Both the position numbers and the translations under genes were made by a program. DNA of 64,000 nucleotides from an uncultured Acidimicrobiales bacterium (lineage in GTDB: Bacteria > Actinomycetota > Acidimicrobiia > Acidimicrobiales > JAHEJN01), in contig CAVOZP010000006.1 of the NCBI GenBank assembly GCA_963700995.1, positions 69,544 to 133,543 of the forward strand, read 5' to 3'. This document shows positions 61,649 to 64,000 of this stretch, in pieces (positions within the stretch are counted from its first letter, which is position 1; every line of letters starts with the position of its first letter). The notes under the pieces are model-generated. The model did not search any database. It saw only the letters and a list, made by a program, of their open reading frames with translations, and was not told the origin of the DNA.

Positions 61649-62235
61649 CAACAACCACCATCCCTGCGACCGACACCATCAACACGAGCCAGCTCCGCCA
61701 GCTTCGCCACGAAGACCCCGACATCCGGATCCTCGACGTGCGCACCGGCGGAGAGTACGAGACCGTTCACATTCCGGGGTCGTACAACGTGCCGCTCGAC
61801 ACCCTCGGCGAACACGTCCGCGATCTCGCCGAGGTGGCCCATCCGGTGGTTCTCGTCTGTCAATCGGGCGGCCGCGCCACGCAGGCTCACGGGAAGCTCA
61901 CCGCAGCCGGCAAGGACACCCTGCACATCCTCGAGGGCGGAATGGCCGCATGGGAGAACGCCGGTGGCGACGTCGTGCGAGGTCACACCGATCGGTGGGC
62001 CATGGATCGTCAGGTGCGCCTGGTCGCCGGCTCGCTCGCATTGGCCGGCGTCGTCGCCAGCATCGTTGTCCCGCGTGCCAAGTGGCTCGCCGGGGGAGTG
62101 GCCGCAGGCCTGACGTACTCGGCGGTCTCGAACACCTGCACCATGGGAACGGTCCTCGGCAAGCTGCCGTACAACCGCACGGACAAGTGCGATATCGCAG
62201 GAGTGCTCGCCGAACTCAACACGCAGGCGGCGTAA
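61645..62235 (+). CDS. rhodanese domain + DUF2892 (YgaP-like) membrane protein
   Basis: ..[34 protein letters not shown] (active-site Cys loop), then hydrophobic ..[36 protein letters not shown] overlaps the upstream stop. Confidence 0.8.
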   Translation: MTTTTIPATDTINTSQLRQLRHEDPDIRILDVRTGGEYETVHIPGSYNVPLDTLGEHVRDLAEVAHPVVLVCQSGGRATQAHGKLTAAGKDTLHILEGGMAAWENAGGDVVRGHTDRWAMDRQVRLVAGSLALAGVVASIVVPRAKWLAGGVAAGLTYSAVSNTCTMGTVLGKLPYNRTDKCDIAGVLAELNTQAA

Positions 62236-62239
62236 ACGG

Positions 62240-62266
62240 TTGACAGGGTACCCCTGGGGGTATAAT
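62240..62266 (+). promoter_or_regulatory. promoter with embedded CsoR-type operator
   Basis: TTGACA (62240-62245), palindrome TACCCCTGGGGGTA (62249-62262), TATAAT (62261-62266). The spacer is only 15 nt, or 17 nt if TAATGT is the -10. Confidence 0.5.
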
Positions 62267-62297
62267 GTCCGTACATATCAGGAGAAAGGGTTCAGCC

Positions 62298-63680
62298 ATG
62301 AAGTTCGTGCAGTACTACCTCGATTGCCTGTCGCAGGCGTCGTATCTCATCGGTGACGAGACGACGGGGCGGGCGGTGGTCGTCGACCCGCGTCGCGACA
62401 CCGACGAGTACGTGAGAGATGCCGAGGCGGCTGGACTCACGATCGAGATGGTGATCGAGACCCATTTCCACGCCGACTTCCTCTCGGGGCACCTGGAGCT
62501 CGCCGCCGCGACCGGAGCCGAGATCGCGTTCTCCGCGGTCGCCGAGACCGAATTCCCCTCACGAAAGGTGGCCGACGGTGAGCGCCACTCGCTCGGCGAG
62601 GTCGAGCTCGAGTTCCTCCACACCCCCGGGCACACACCCGAGTCGCTGAGCATCGTCGTTTACGAACACGCCGGTGACGAGGTCCCTTACGGGGTCCTCA
62701 CCGGCGACACGCTGTTCATCGGCGATGTCGGTCGCCCCGATCTGTTGGCCTCGATCGGCTTCACCAGAGACGAGCTGGCCGACAAGCTGTACGACAGCCT
62801 GCACGACAAGCTGCTCCCGCTACCCGACGCAACGCGCGTCTACCCCGCCCACGGTGCGGGCTCCGCGTGCGGAAAGAACCTGTCGACCGACACGTGGTCG
62901 ACCATGGGTGAGCAGCGGCTCACCAACTATGCCCTCCTGGCCCCCGACAAGGAGACCTTCGTCGGTCTCGTGACCGAGGGCCAGCCCCCGGCACCCGAGT
63001 ACTTCGTCTACGACGCGGTCCTGAACCGCAAGGACCGTGGCCTGCTCGACGAGACCGCCCGGCCCGAGGCTCTCGACCTGGCCACTGTCGAGCGCCTCGT
63101 CGCGGCCGGCGCGATGCTGGTCGACGGTCGTGATCCCGACGAGTTCGCCCACGGCCATCTGGTCGGTTCCATCAACGTCGGGCTCAACGGCCGCTACGCC
63201 GAGTTCGCCGGCTCGGTCGTGCCTTCCGACGCCGACATCGTCCTCGTCGCCGACGACGGCTTCGAGGTCGAGGCCAAGAACCGGCTGGCCCGCATCGGGT
63301 TCGACCGGGTCGTCGGGTATCTCGAGGCACCCCTCGAGGCGATGACGGCCCATCCCGAGAAGGTGGAGCAGGCCTCGCGCATGACCGCCCTCGAGTTCGA
63401 GGGCTGCAAGGCCGACATCGAAGGGTTGCAGCTCATCGACATCCGCAACCCCGGTGAGATCGCGCTCGGGACGATCGAAGGGGCCACGACCATTCCGGTC
63501 GGTCAACTCCCGGCTCGACTCGACGAGCTCGATCCCCGTGCTCCCACCGTCGTGTTCTGTGCCGGCGGCTATCGCTCGTCGGTGGGTGCGAGCGTGCTCC
63601 GTCAAGCCGGTTTCGACGACGTCTCGGACATTCTCGGCGGCTACGGAGCCTGGGCCGAGCTGGTTCCCGCCTCGGCCTGA
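62298..63680 (+). CDS. MBL-fold persulfide dioxygenase fused to two rhodanese domains (CstB-like)
   Basis: HFHADF, ..LHTPGHTPES.., ..TGDTLFIGDVGRPDL.., then rhodanese modules ending in ..VVFCAGGYRSS... GGAGAAAGG lies upstream of the ATG. Confidence 0.85.
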   Translation: MKFVQYYLDCLSQASYLIGDETTGRAVVVDPRRDTDEYVRDAEAAGLTIEMVIETHFHADFLSGHLELAAATGAEIAFSAVAETEFPSRKVADGERHSLGEVELEFLHTPGHTPESLSIVVYEHAGDEVPYGVLTGDTLFIGDVGRPDLLASIGFTRDELADKLYDSLHDKLLPLPDATRVYPAHGAGSACGKNLSTDTWSTMGEQRLTNYALLAPDKETFVGLVTEGQPPAPEYFVYDAVLNRKDRGLLDETARPEALDLATVERLVAAGAMLVDGRDPDEFAHGHLVGSINVGLNGRYAEFAGSVVPSDADIVLVADDGFEVEAKNRLARIGFDRVVGYLEAPLEAMTAHPEKVEQASRMTALEFEGCKADIEGLQLIDIRNPGEIALGTIEGATTIPVGQLPARLDELDPRAPTVVFCAGGYRSSVGASVLRQAGFDDVSDILGGYGAWAELVPASA

Positions 63681-63776
63681 GACTTTCGACCCTGGTGCTG
63701 CGTTCTTCCACGGTGCAGGCTTAGGGCGAAGGGTCAGGAGCCTTCAACTTCTGGCGCGCAGCATCGAGGTGACGAC

Positions 63777-64000
63777 ATGCAGGTCCTGAACACCAGTTTC
63801 AGCGAGCTCAAGAAGAAGAAGGTCCGCGATGCCGACGGGTTCGCCATCGGGAACGTCATCGACATCGACTTCGACGAGAACGGCAAGGAGTGGTTCGTTC
63901 TCGGTGGAGGTTTCGTCGAGGAGACCCTCGAGATGCTTCACATCCGGACCGACATCGACCTCCTCGTACCCATGGACTGGATCGAGACCATCGGCGACGA
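63777..64000 (+). CDS. PRC-barrel-like protein, 5' part only (runs off right edge)
   Basis: MQVLNTSFSELKKKKVRDADGFAIGNVIDIDFDENGKEWFVLGGGFVEE... GAGG lies upstream. Confidence 0.5.
   Translation, partial: MQVLNTSFSELKKKKVRDADGFAIGNVIDIDFDENGKEWFVLGGGFVEETLEMLHIRTDIDLLVPMDWIETIGD

Overview
High-G+C, actinobacterial-type chromosomal segment with about 65 recognisable genes. All calls come from reading the sequence and the supplied ORF track by eye; no searches or computations were run.

Layout:
- About 3-26.6 kb looks accessory. It holds three copies of a 150-270 nt repeat containing a tRNA-Gly(GCC) 3' half plus a hairpin, a second duplicated module, a DUF1778/GNAT and a MazEF-type toxin-antitoxin pair, an internally deleted IS3-type transposase remnant, and a large RCC1/TSP3/FG-GAP surface protein.
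- 17.9-26.5 kb holds the most unusual locus: three TIR-domain proteins bracketing two proteins that each end in tandem RyR-type repeats. One is a pore-loop channel-like protein with RCK/TrkA-N domains. The other is a PfkB-like domain fused to an AAA+ ATPase.
- The remainder is metabolic. It includes an MTA/5'-deoxyadenosine salvage cluster (mtnA, mtaD, PNP-family phosphorylase, fused aldolase/SDR), P450 plus ferredoxin, a MacB-type ABC exporter and a 2-oxoacid dehydrogenase E1a/E1b/E2 operon. It also includes a sugar kinase/isomerase pair and a sulfur cluster: FeS-NrfD fusion, Tat-less molybdopterin subunit, CsoR-family regulator with two palindromic operators, SulP, beta-carbonic anhydrase, rhodanese, and persulfide dioxygenase-rhodanese.

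Caveat: roughly thirty reading-frame breaks, by my manual count, interrupt otherwise conserved genes including housekeeping ones. This looks like uncorrected indel error rather than decay, so many CDS coordinates span frame changes.

Top candidate for a new system: the TIR x3 / RyR x2 locus, read as a possible NAD-derived-nucleotide signalling or defence module. That reading is inference.
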